64,000 bases of DNA from Chiloscyllium plagiosum (Eukaryota): contig NC_057718.1 in the NCBI RefSeq assembly GCF_004010195.1, positions 83,372,503 through 83,436,502 of the forward strand, given 5' to 3'. Each line of letters opens with the position of its first letter. Within the stretch, counting starts at the first letter, position 1. The notes under the pieces were generated by a model that worked only from the letters and a program-made list of their open reading frames with translations, had not been told where the DNA came from and searched no databases. Positions 12,390 through 25,320 of the stretch are shown in pieces. The position numbers were made by a program, and so were the translations under genes.

Positions 12390-14350
12390 CAGAGTCAAAG
12401 GTTTACAGCATGGAAACAGGCATTTCAGCTTGTCCATGATGCCCAACTTTCACAATTAATCCAGTCCCATTTACCTGCTTTTGGTACATGTCCCTCCATA
12501 CCTATCCCATCCATGTGCTTATCCAAATGTTTCTTAAATGACAAAATTGTACTCGCCTTCACTCCTAGTTCTGGCACCCCATTTCAGACACTCGCCACCA
12601 TCTGTGAAAAAAATTGCCCCTGGATCCTTTTGTATCTCTCCTATCTCACCTTAAACCAATGCCTCTGGCTTTAGACTCCCCTATCATGAGGGGAAGCTGT
12701 GGCTATCTACCTTATATATACCTCTCGTGATTTTATAGACATCTGTAAAGGCACCCTCTCAGTCTGCTACAACCCAAGGGAAAAAAGGCCCAGCATCTCG
12801 TCTCTCCATATAACTCAAACCTTCCAGGTAGCATCAGAGTAAATATTTTCTGCACTCTTTCTAGTTTAATAATATCCTGTCTATAGTAGCATGACCAGAA
12901 CTGCACAATGTACTCCAAATGTAGCCTTACCGACTTCTTGCGCAGTTGCAACATGACGTCCCAACTCCTAAACTCAATGCTCTGATCAAAGAAAGCAAGC
13001 ATGCTGAAAGCCTTCTTCGCCACCCTGACTACGTGGACTCCATTTTAAAAGAGGTATGAATTTCTACCCCTGGATCTCTTTGTTCCATAATATTCTCCAG
13101 GGCCCTACCATTGACTCTGTAAGCACGGCCTTAGCTTGAACTATCAAAATGCAACACCTTGCATTCATCTAAATTAAATTCATTCTGCTCTGGGCGGCAT
13201 GGTGGCTCAGTGGTTAGCATTGCTGCCTCACAGCGCCAGGGACGGGTTCAATTGCCACCTCGGGCAACTGTCTGTGTGGCGTTTGCACATTCTCCCCGGG
13301 TCTGCGTGGGTTTCCCCCCGGTGCTCTGGTTTCCTCCCAGGTTAGGTGAATAGGCCATGCTAAATTGCCCATAGTGTTAGGTGCATTCGTCAGGGGTGAA
13401 TGTAGGGGAATGGGTCTGGGTGGGTTGCTCTTTGGAGGGTCAGTGCGGACCTGTTGGGCTGAAGGGCCTGTTTCCATACTGTAGGGAATCTAATCTAATC
13501 TATTCCTAAATCCACTGGTCCAGTTGATCAAGATCGCAGATGTATTCCCAGATAATCTATCGCTGAACACTATATCATCAATCTTGGTGTCATCCACAAA
13601 ATTACTAACCATATCTCTTAAATCATCATTCAAATCATTTATATACATGACAAATAACAGTGGACCAATCCCAGTGGCACACCGCTCGTCACAGGCCTCC
13701 AGTTTGAAAAACAACCCTCTACTACCACTGTGTCTTCCACCTTCAAGTCAGTTTTAAATGCAATTGGCCAGCTATCTTTGGATCCTGAGATTTAACCTTA
13801 CTGAACACCCCACCTCATCAAGGCCTTGCTGAAATTCACGTATACAATGTCTACCACACTGCCCTCGTCTACTTTCTTGGCCACCTCTTCAAAAATCTCA
13901 AATTCATGAGACACTATCTTCCACACACAAAGCCATGCTGACTTTGCCAAAGGAGTCCTTGCATCTCCAAATGCCTGTCTCTCAAAATCCCCTCTAACAA
14001 CTTACCCACCACAGATGTTAGGCTCATCAGTCCTTAATTTCCAGGGATTTTCTTGCAGGCTTTCATAAATAATGGCACATTAGCCATCCTTCAATCATCA
14101 GGCACTTCACCAGTGGCTGTTGGTGATACAATTATCTCTGCTAGGGGCCTTGTAATTCCTCCCGAGCCTCCCACAAAGTCCTGGGATACACTTCATCAGT
14201 TCCCAGGGATTTATCTTAGTGTATTCTCAAGGATCTATCTAAATGCATTCTAAATGCACCACACCTTCTGTAATGTGAGGTCTCTTCAAGACATTGCTAT
14301 TTATGTCACCAAGTTCCCTAGGATCTGAGCCTTTTCAACTGTAAATACTG
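12390..14350 (-). mobile_element. CR1 LINE ORF2 fragment interrupted by an HE1 SINE
   Basis: GPLLFVMYINDL...NFVDDTKI and RLHLEYIVQFWS...KLERVQKIFT. Confidence 0.85.
13192..13501 (+). mobile_element. HE1-type tRNA-derived SINE
   Basis: gggcggcatggtggctcagtggttagc head, B-box ggttcaattg, core ctgtctgtgtggcgtttgcacattctccc, CR1-like tail with (taatc)n. Confidence 0.9.
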
Positions 14351-14761
14351 ATGAGGTATATTTATTATAGGAATAGGGAAGAGGATAGTGTCAAACATAA
14401 TGACTCAATAAATATAACAAATATGTAATAGATATGGTGAAGCACAACATTTTGCAGTTATTGATGAACAATTACATTAACTGAATATTACACAAGCAAC
14501 TGAGCATAGACTCACTATGGGATTTGCCACTGGAATTTACTGTAAATTAGAAAGCCAAAATAGCATACTACCTTCTAAAGAGGATCTGGGACCTGTCAGG
14601 GCAGGGTAAGAAACTGTTAATCAAAGTCTTTAATCAAACAGAACTTTCAATCAGTAGTAGAATCTGAAACAGTATAAATTAAACATTGTCACATCAGGTA
14701 CAGAAGATGTCAGAGGTAAAGAAAATAAAATAGATTGAGAGAGAAATAAAAGATAACAGTC

Positions 14762-15770
14762 GGAGACGGTGGTAGTGGAGGGTTGCTTTTTGGACCACAG
14801 GCCTGTCACCAGTGGTGTTCCACAGGGATCAGTTTTGGGCCCTCTTTTGTTTATCATTTATATAAATGATTTGGATGGGAATAAAAAAAGCATGGTTAGT
14901 AAGTTTGCAGATGACACCAAAATTGGTGGCATAGTAGACACTGAAGAAGGTTTTCAAAAATTTTACAAAACGATCTTGATCGTATGGGTCAATGGGCTGA
15001 AAAATGGCAAATGGGAGTACAATCCGGATAAATGCAAGGTATTGCATTTTGGTACACAAACAAAGGTAGGTCTTATACAGTTAATAGTATAGGAGAACAG
15101 AGGGATCTAGGGATGCAGGTACATAATTCTTTGAAGTTTGGGTGGTTAAAAAGGTATTTGGCATGCTTACCTCCATTGCTCAGTCCTTTGAGTATAGGAG
15201 TTGAGAAGTCATGTTGAGTTTGTGCAGGGCATTGGTGGGCCCTCTTCTGGAATACTATTCCCAATTCTGGTCGCCCAGTTATAGGAAGTATATTACTAAG
15301 CTGGAGAGGATTCAGAAGAGATTTACCAGGATGTTGTTGGGTATGGAAGGTTTGAGTTAAAAACAAAGGCTGGATAGGCTAGGACTTTTTCGCTGGAGCT
15401 CGGGAGGTTGAGAGGTGACTTTACAGAAGTTTATAAAATAATGGGGGGGGGGTAGAAGAGTTAATGGTAGTTGGCTTTTACTTGTGATGGGGATTTTCAA
15501 GACTAGGGGGCACATTAAGGTGAGAGGAGAGAGATTTAAAAAAGACACAAAGGTCATTTTTTTTTTAACAAAGGATGGTTTGTGGAATGAACTTCCTGAG
15601 GAAGTAGTGAATTACAATGTTTAAAAGACATTTGGGTAAGTACATGAATCGGAAAAGTTTGGAGGGTTATGTGTCAGGAGCAGGCAGGTGGGACTAGTTT
15701 ATGTTCTGGTTCGAATTATGGACTGATTGGGCTGAAAGGGTCTGCTTCCATGCTGTAAAACTTCATGACG
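14762..15770 (+). mobile_element. CR1 LINE 3' fragment
   Basis: [23 protein letters not shown]...KFADDTKIGG. Confidence 0.9.
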
Positions 15771-16394
15771 AAGTAGGAATTTTATTTTTAAAATCTTTTT
15801 TAGAAGACTGCTATAATTAACATCTGAAGAAATCAGACTCAACACTGACAAAAAACCAAATTCTGCAACAATGGAGTTATTTTGCAGTGAAGAAAACTTT
15901 TAGTGTATTAAGTTACTTGGATGGACAAGTCCTAGCTTACGTGGAAGATTAGTAGGTATACATCAGTGCAAGTACAGAAAGTTGAAATTATTCCAGAGTT
16001 GAATACAGAAATAGCAGAATAGCATAGCTTCTGCAGGTGCAAGGCAACTCAAACAACAATTGGTTCGCTTGTACTTCCATATGTAACCACCAGAAATCTC
16101 AGTCCAATTTACACATCAACACTGGACAGTTATTTTTACAGCGAAATTACATCTAATATTATTCAGTCTTTTATGTAATCAGAAAGAACAAAAAGAAAAC
16201 AACTAGAGACAGGCAATAAATGCTAGCCAGCCAGCAATGCCCATGAAAGAACAAACAAACAAAAAGAAGGAAAAGGACAAATAGTTACGAATTTTGAGAT
16301 TAATAACAAATCTGAAACGCTTTCAAAAGGTGTAGAGTTATTTTATCATTTCCACTTATTGTTAGAATATTCCGAAGGCATATTTGGAACTTAC

Positions 16395-16473
16395 AGTTAA
16401 TCTCAGATCGTGTTCTTTCTTCTCTCACATTCCGGCTAGTAGACTGAATTCGATGAGGAACTGATATTGGCGG
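16395..16473 (-). CDS. MAP4K3: MAP4K3 exon: PPISVPHRIQSTSRNVREERTRSEIN(F)
   Basis: 79 nt, phase 0/1; acceptor ttttcttttcttcag, donor T|gtaagt. Confidence 0.95.
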
Positions 16474-19459
16474 CTGAAGAAAAGAAAATGGTTAAAACTA
16501 TTATGACATTGCTACAGATTGGTTCCATTTGGATAACTTACATTTTTCTGTTTATTACACAAAAGGTACAAAACAGACAATTTTTTGAGTCTGGTTAGTA
16601 TATCTTTTTATTGAGATGTTTTCCTGCAAAACACATGCAATGTGTTATTGAAAAAAACAAGCATGCAAAGAATATCTCTTCCTAACTCTGGGTCATGCCA
16701 TTTACAATATACATTTACTATGAAGCAAAATAGCTGCACATTTAAAGAATAATTGGCATACAGCTTATTTTACCATATTCCTTAATCTTTTGATTATAAT
16801 ATACACTACTTGAGACGCTCTCTCAAAAGGAAAAAGTGGGAAAAACTAGCACTTTTGCAGTTTGACACTAATCTCTACTGACACTTGATGCCTTTCATCA
16901 ATTTTTATAAAGAAAAAGGTAGTCGATGGATGCCATGATTTAATTTAGTCATGTCATAAGAACAGGTTGAAACAACCTTGCAATACACAATAACTAAATT
17001 AACAGTTGAAACACTGATAAAAGCCAAAAAAAAACTAATATGAATTTATCATGTTGATGCTACTTCTAAACTCAAACTCACTTTCCATAAAGCAACACCA
17101 TAAAGTTACAAATAATTTGCCAAAGGTATCCAAGAACTCTTTCACTTGCGAAAAAAGCAGAGATGAAAGATATGAATTAAAAAAAAAATCAAGACTCAGG
17201 TTCTCCCATAGTTCAAATGGTTAAGGCAGTGAGGACCAGTTAAGTTCACATTCAGTGTGTGCAGAGTTAATAAATGTTGGGCCACTGTGATGGCAAGATG
17301 CTGCAATTGGGTTCAGTATCCCATGGCTTGGAAGGGAGAAATCACCTTTGTCATGCGGTGACAAAAGTTGGAAGATATGCTGAGAAAGTATACAAGGTAC
17401 TGAACGGCATGATTGGGTTTGGGTTCCCACCTTCCAGAGTCAAATAATGTTTTTGATCCTCATTTAAGTTGCTTACAGATAATCAATGGGGATTTGAGTG
17501 AGGTGTGACAACGAGCACACAGAACCACAGGTTAACAATGAATAATTGTCCTTGCAATAAGCAAGATGACAACTGAATTGACATGAAATAGAAGAAGAGA
17601 AACTCAGTCATCAAGATGAAAGGAAAGTTAACAATGACAAATTTTTGTGTCCTGACCCTTTCATCAGAGTCCACTGTCAAAAGGTAATAGTTATTTACAG
17701 GCAAGGACTCAAAACTGGAAATTAGCCTTTTATATATTTTAGAGCTCTAATCATATATAAAATTACAATTTGAACTGAATTAAAATAGCTCAGGGGCTAC
17801 ACTGTACACACCAATAGATTTCATTTAAATAATAATTAGTAATGCCGATACATTATTGTGATTATGTTTAGTGATGCTGGTCACACTCAGCAGTTATCGG
17901 AAATAACTAAGTCATCCATGTTAACTATGTTTTCAAAGGGGCAGCAATATCTCATGCAATAAAAATTCTGGAAAAGTGCTGAGTCATAGGATGCGTATCT
18001 CAAAATGCAAGTCAAAACATTGCAGTGTATATTTAAAATCATGTCACACTAAAAAAAACACCAACTTTTATTGGCACTTCAAACTTAAACATTCTACATA
18101 ACTTTCAAGGAGTTTAAAACTGAATTTGCCTATACACATTAATCCTGATAAATCCAGTTCTTCCATATTAGGAGAAGAAAGCTTAAAACTACAAACCTCA
18201 CACTGATACAGAAAAATTAATTTTGGCATGTGCAGCAATCATACATCTTAAACCACGCCTTAAAAAAAAAATCCCAGGTCTCCAAAAAAACAGCAACTAT
18301 TTACTCAGCAATGTTACCAAACGTTCAGGTACAAAAAAAAGCCATCAGTTCTGAGCTACCAACAAGGTACACGTAAAAATAAAAGTTTGTTATTGTTTTT
18401 GAACTTCTTAATATATGTGCAAATCAACACATTGTAAACTGAATAACATTTACAAGGATCTAAATTATAAATTACTTCATTTCACAAATGTTTGAACTTT
18501 GCCCTCTTTGACATTCACCAATTACAAACTGAGACATGTAAAGCTCTCTTGATACCAGTTACCAAATTATGTTATGCATTCAATTCATTCCTAGCTGACC
18601 GCATCAGTGTTGAGGATAAAACTATCCCAGAAATGGCAAAGTTTACAATTTGCTCAAAGCTATTATAAAAATGTAACTGTTTTGATGGAACACTTGAGAA
18701 CTCAGTTCTAAAATCTCTGTGACACAATTAAAAAAGAAACAAATTTAGAAAGTTTCGTTTTTACGAAGAGTCTTCAGCAGTATGCCACACACAGCCCAAT
18801 TTTATCCCTTTTATTACGAGAAATTTCTCAGGAATTTTGGTCCAAATGCTTGAACTCGCTGCAATCTTGTACAATTTACTCTAACATTAATAAACAAGTG
18901 CCTCATTATCTTAATCATTAAAGGTTACAGGATTTGTTTTCACAAACTTAATGTCGACCACTACAGTCATGACGTAATTGTATCAAAATCCGAAGCTTGA
19001 TCTGCACATCATCATCCCTGATTTAGATTTGCATCAAATCTAATTTCAATTCACATTCATAATCATTTCCCAACTGGGTATCAAAGTGTGTCCTTGAGTT
19101 GATAAACTACTTGAATGAAATATAAAGAGACTGAAATAGATAACACAGATCGGGTATCCCTTAACTGCATGTCCAAAAACCGAAAAACAATAAAAAAACT
19201 GAAGGTCTTTTGAAATCTGACCTGAACGAACCTGTAGACACATTACAGGGCACTTTGGAAAACACTGCGTTTGTCCCAAGCAGACCTCCTCAAAAAGGCC
19301 TTAACACTCTGTCCACAGGTCTGTTTGCTTTGGCCCTTTGGGATTAAAAAAAAAGCTTCTCTTTTAAGTCTGTTTGGGCTAAATGACACCATGCCCTCCA
19401 CCGCAAATCCAGGCAAGAGCCCAAAAAAGCTGATTTAGGATATTTTTGCTCATTTCATT

Positions 19460-21415
19460 TTCTCTGCCATTCAATCTTGGCTGATATGTTTCTCAACCCT
19501 ATTCTCCTGCCTTCTCCCCCAGAACCCTTGATCCCATTACTAATGAAGAACCTATTTATCGCTGTTCAAAATGACTTGGTTTTCACAGTCTTCTGCAGCA
19601 ATGAGTTCCACAGATTAACCATCCTCTGCCTGGAAACATTCCTCCCATCTCAGGTCTAAAAGGTCATCCATTAGACCAAGAGCATAAGAGCAGAAGTTAG
19701 GCCTTTTCAGTCCATTGAGTTTGCTCTGCCATTCAATCGTGACTGTTAAATTTCTCATCCCCATTCTTCCGCCCACTCCGTAACCCCTGATCTCCTTGAC
19801 AATCAAGAACCTATTCTGTCTCAGTCTTAAAAACACTCAATGACCTGGATAGAACAGAGCCTTATAGAGCCTGAGAAGTACATCCCTGCTTTTATAATCA
19901 AGTCCTCTCAAAATAAATGCCATCATTGCATCTGCCTTCCTAACTACAGACTGAATCTGCAAGTTTAGCATGAGAATCCTGGACGAGAACCCCCAAGTAT
20001 CTTTGTACTTAAGATTTCTGAATTTTCTCCCCGTTCAGAAAAAACTCCATGCCTCTATTCTATACTCCATCTGCCACTTCATTGCCCACTCTCCTAATCT
20101 GTCCATATCTTTCTGCAGCCTCCACACCTCCTCAATACCACCTGTCCCTCTATCTATCATTGTATTGCAAATTTAGCTAGAATGCCCTCAGTTCCTTCAT
20201 CTAGATCGTTAGTGTATAAACTGAAAAGTTGTGGTCCCATCCCTTCACTCTGAGGCCAGGACCTCGGGTCCTAATCTCTCCTTGTGGAAACATCTTCTCC
20301 ACATCCATTCTATCCAGGTATATAAGTACAAGCTTCAAAAGAGACTGTCTCATCCTTCTAAACTCCATCAAGTACAGTTCCAGACTCCTCAACTTCTCCT
20401 CATATAACAAGCCCTTCATCACTGGAATGTAGGGTATAAACCTCCTCTCCACAATCTTCAATGGCAACACATCCTTCCTTTGATAAAAGGCTCAAAACTG
20501 CTAAATATTCCAAATGAGCTCTCACCAGAGCCTTCTATAGCCTCAGCAGTACATTTCTGCTCGTATTCTATCCCTCTTGAACTGAATGCTAACATTGCAT
20601 TTCCCTTCCTAACTGCCAAATGAACCTGTATGTTAACCTCATAACCTCATACTTTCCAACAATGTATTCCATCTGTCATTTCTTTGCCCAATTGCCTAGC
20701 CTGCCCAAGTCCTTCTGCAGTGCATTTCCCTTCCTAACTGCCAAATGAACCTGTATATTAACCTTGAAAGAATCCTGATCCACAATTCCCCAAGTCCCTT
20801 CATAATTAAGATTTTCTAAGCCTGTCCCAATTCAGAAAACAGGATATACGTCTAGTCTTCCTACGAAAATGCATAACCTCATACTTTCCAACAATGTATT
20901 CCATCTGTCATTTCTTTGCCCAATTGCCTAGCCTGCCCAAGTCCTTCTGCAGTCTCCCTGCTTCTTCAACACTACCTGTCATTCCATCTATCTTTGTGAC
21001 ACCTGCAAACGTAGCTACAATGCCCTCAGTTCCTTCATCCAGATTTTGCATGAATAATATGATTAGTTGTGGTCCCAACACTGACCCCGGCAGAACTCCA
21101 CTAGTCAGTGGCTGCCATCCTGAAAAATACACCTTTATTTCCATTCGTCAGTCAGCCAATCCTCTATAGGTGCCAGTAACGTGTCCCTAACACCACAGAC
21201 TCTTATCGTATTTAGCAGCCTCCTGTGTGGAACCTGGAAATCAAAACAGATCACATTCACTGGCTCTCCTTTGTCTAACTTGGTTGTTACCTCCTCCAAG
21301 AATTCTAAAAGATTGAAAGACATGACCTAGCTTCACAAAGCCGTGTTGACTTCACTACTTAACCATGCACTTCCAAGTATTCCACAATCTCATCCTTAAT
21401 AATGACTCTAAAATC
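19460..21415 (-). mobile_element. Cluster of nested/decayed CR1 fragments
   Basis: YEEKLRSLELY...EFRRMR; SGVLPGSVLGPQL; NLLEFLEEVT. Confidence 0.8.
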
Positions 21416-21613
21416 AATGATCCAAAAATACCTAATCAGACCCACCTAGAAACAGAACATCCCAAGGTTTACCAATAAAGAATTTGCAACCTGTAATCCC
21501 TTTAAGGAAAAGGCAGGCAATGGGAGGTGATGGTTGCACAGTGATAGTACCACTGGGCTAGTAATGCAGGCCCAGGCTAACGATCTGACGACAGCTGACA
21601 GAATTTAACTTTA

Positions 21614-21710
21614 TTCTGGATCAGTGGTGCTGGAAGAGCACAGCAATTCAGGCAGCATCCGAGGACAGGCAAAATCGACGTTTCGGGCAAAAGCCCTTCA
21701 TCAGGACCCT
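21614..21710 (-). mobile_element. 97-bp PLE-derived insert consisting mostly of a hammerhead core plus tail
   Basis: Minus strand CTGATGA-a-gggc-tttt-gccc-GAAACGTC (21677-21704); perfect 14-bp TSD agaatttaacttta at 21600-21613 and 21711-21724. Confidence 0.85.
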
Positions 21711-21736
21711 AGAATTTAACTTTAATTGATTAAAAC

Positions 21737-22847
21737 TGATCTCTCTTGATGGATTACAGAGGTAACAGTGGCTGAAGGACCTGAACTGAAGGGAATTTAT
21801 ATTTGCCAGGAATTGGTGTTGGAGAGACTGTTAGGTCTGAAGGTTGATAAGTCTCCGGGGCCTGATCGTCTACATCCCAGGGTACTGAAGGAGGTGACTC
21901 GAGAAATCACGGATGTGTTGGTGATTATTTTCCAGAGTTCGATAGATTCAGGATCAGTTCCTGCGGATTGGAGGGAGGCTAATGTTGTACCACTTTTTAA
22001 GAAAGGAGCGAGAGAGAAAGCAGGAAATTATCGGCCACTTAGTCTGACCTCAGTGGTGGGAAAGATGCTGGAGTCAATTATAAAGGATGAAATTACGACA
22101 CTTCTGGATAGCAGTAACAGGATAGGTCAGAGTCAGCATGGATTTATGAAGGGGAAATCATGCTTGACTAATCTTCTGGAATTTTTTGAGGATGTAATTC
22201 TGAAGATGGACAAGGGGATATAGAAGATGGTATTAATAGTAACATTAGCAAATTTGCTGATGATACTAAGCTGGGTGGCAGGGTGAAATGTGAGGAGGAT
22301 ATTAGGAGATTACAGGGTGACCTGGACAGGTTAGGTGAGTGGACTGATGCATGGCAGATGCAGTTTAATGTGGATAAATGTATGGTTATCCACTTTGATG
22401 GCAAGAACAGGAAGGCAGATTACTACCTAAATGGAGTCAAGTTAGGTAAAGACTGGGCTTGTATACCCTTGAGTTTAGAAGACAGAGGGGATCTGATTGA
22501 GAGGTATAAGATTATGAAAGGATTGGACACTCTGGAGGCAGGAAACATGTTTCCGCTGATGGGTGAGTCCCAAACCAGAGGACACAGCTTAAAAATAAGG
22601 GGTAGGCCATTTAGGACAGAGATGAGGAGAAACTTCTTCACCCAGAGAGTGGTGGGCGTGTGGAATGCTCTGCCCCAGAAGGCAGTGGAGGCCCAGTTTC
22701 TGGATTAGTTTAAGAAAAAGTTGGATAGAGCTCTCAAGGTTAGTGGAATCAAGGGTTATGGAGATAAGGCAGGAACAGGATACTCATAATGAATGGTGGT
22801 GCAGGCTCGAAGGGCAGAATGGCCTACTCCTGCACCTATTGTCTATC
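21737..22847 (+). mobile_element. CR1 LINE with two internal deletions
   Basis: KSPGPD...NYRPLSLTSVVGK...SQHGFMKGKSCLTNL; TSD gattaaaac at 21728-21736 and 22848-22856. Confidence 0.9.
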
Positions 22848-24914
22848 GATTAAAACCATATTAACATATTCCCATCATCACTGAAAGCATGCAAGTGCTG
22901 TTCCTGGAAATGTTATACTATTCAGCACAGTCCATCTTGATAAGCTTCCTGCTTCCCATAAATCCATCTATCTAGAATGAATATCTATAACTAGTCTCAA
23001 AAATGGAAACCATGAAACCATCAATGATTGTTCTAACAATTCATCTGGCTCACAAATGCATTTTAGGGAGAAATCTGTCACCCTTACCTGGTCTTGCTGA
23101 CATGCAGATCCTAACCCCCAATGTGATTGACTCTCAACTGTCCCCTGAAACGGGCTAGCAAGCCCATTAGTTCAAGGATGGGCAACAAATGTTTGTGTTG
23201 CCAGCAACACCCACATTTAAAGAAATAATTTTTTAAAATTGGAGTATCAAGTATTAAACATGAGTCAAAATAGCCACAGTTTCAGATTTTACAACTTTAC
23301 ATAATTTTTAAAGACTTATAAAGAGGAAAGTGCCAAAAGATGAATTAGAAAGATACCATATCACTTAGTTTTAATTAATGCATGCAAATGAATAAATAAC
23401 GCAATTACGATGACTGAAACAAAGTGATACTGTTGATACCAATATTAAATTATATTTGTTGCCTTTTGGAGTATTTTTTGAGTATATACAGTATGACACT
23501 ACAGCAATACTAAAATTGAAGTTTTTCAACTGATGATTAGTAGCTTCTAATCTTGAGGTCACAATTCACTGACCACTGCTTGCAGAGATATTCCAATTTC
23601 ATTAAGTCAGAATTGCAACATTAGTTGCAGTACTGTAATAACTAACAGAGTTATATATTTTAGGAAAGGGAAGAGGTAGGTCCAAAGAAAACCAATACTT
23701 TGCACCATATCAAATGCACCAAATTCCAGCTGATTGTGACCATGAAAAATTGTCATCCTACTAAATCCCACAGAATTTACATGGAATTAGTTGAGATGGA
23801 TGAACAAAATATTGTGTGGTGATTTCAAAACTGCTAATAAATAGTTAGTATTTCAAAAATAGCATTAACTTTTTTTATTTTATCCAGAAGTTTACACAGT
23901 GGGTCTCAATTAAAATCAATTTTTATGAAAATCAAATACCACAAGTGTCAATAGCTCTCATGTGGCAACTTAGATTTGCAAATTTAAATGATTATTGTGA
24001 AATCAACTACATTATGTACAATTTTTTCCCTTTCTGTCAATAGCAGTAAGCAGATTCCCAAATATTCATTGCTTCAAATTTGAGTTACAAAAATGGCTAT
24101 TATTTTAGCTCAGAACATTTGCAGCCTTCCTAAAGAAGAATATTAATGATGATTTAAGGAAACTTTAAATCTGCAATCCTCCTGATACTTTGCTCCACAC
24201 CTTTAATTAGTTTTATAAAAAGTAATTCAAAGTCACATATTTCTGAGTAAGTAATAGCATATTAGAATTAAAACATTTGCTCCCCACCCTGAAAATAAGT
24301 ATTTGTCTTGAGATGGACCTACAGATCTTTTTAGTCTACAAAGTCAAATCTGGAAAAGCATCTACCTAATTAATAATGCAGATCATTGCATAAACATATT
24401 AGTACATTAAACCCATTACACATACATTCAAATCTCAGTATAGTAATAAAAGCTTAGCAGTTTTTGAAAGTTGACATACCCATCACATTTCATCTGTATG
24501 CAGCAGACTATTATGGCTTGAAACTTTAATATAAACATAGTATGCAGTCCTAGTGAGACTTTAAGCCCGAGATTATGATTTTACTGATTAAGATTACTTT
24601 AGATTTTAATTAGGTGAGATGGCACTGTACTTTTTCATCTTTTTCTAAATAAAGCAAATTGGTAGTAGCGCGGTCAGTACCAAGCTTTTGCAGGTGATAA
24701 GGGTTTTTACAGCAATAGAGCTAGTTAAAAGCATGATCATAGTTATACATCCAGTGTAAACTACTTTAAAAACCTCCTGAATGAATGGATTAGAAGGATG
24801 ATTTTCTGTTTTAAAACAACTGTATATCTGCATTAAGAGGCCAGCGATAATATTAGCCAAATAAGCAAATGTACAGCTGAGGTTAATGGGATGCTTTGCT
24901 GGATATCAAAGTAC

Positions 24915-24989
24915 CTTAGGATGTGCAGCAATACGTGAGACTCGGCGTGCAAGAGGAGAAGCAGGAGAAAAGATCCCTAAAAACTTAAG
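24915..24989 (-). CDS. MAP4K3: Candidate MAP4K3 cassette exon: LKFLGIFSPASPLARRVSRIAAHPK
   Basis: 75 nt, stop-free in the required phase 0/0; long pyrimidine tract ending tctgttcctcccaactcag; donor AAG|gtactt; GC/CpG-richer than its AT-rich flanks, which lack recognisable TEs. Confidence 0.7.
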
Positions 24990-25275
24990 CTGAGTTGGGA
25001 GGAACAGAAAAAAAAAGGAAAACCACAATAAGAGAGTATGTGAATTCATCGATGGATAAAATGGAGTACATGTCAAGAACAAATGAGTGGATGCTATCTT
25101 AATTCACAATTTAAATAGCAAGTTTCACATTCACATTCCAAAATATTAACCACACATATAACCCAAGAGCACCAACATCATGTATGAATCAGACAAATAT
25201 ACGGCATTTTGTGATAAGACTTCTAATTCTGCATAGATTTATAAACAATTAAAAGATTGCCCGTCTAAAATACAG

Positions 25276-25320
25276 ACACACACACACACACACACATACA
25301 TACATATCTCCATACACACA
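25276..25320 (+). repeat. (CA)n/(CATA)n microsatellite
   Basis: Seen directly. Confidence 0.9.

Larger units (their letters stand above)
21520..23222 (+). mobile_element. tRNA-derived SINE split by a PLE insert and a CR1 insert
   Basis: Head at 21520-21600; body and tail resume near 22970-23220 (ggagaaatctgtcacccttacctggtc...gggcaacaaatg); same family as 47160-47415 (-). Confidence 0.6.

Noticed and set aside
19145..19450. Possible Tigger-like MITE (starts cagatcgggtatccctt)
   Set aside because: Only one TIR-like end recognised; no convincing partner or TA TSD
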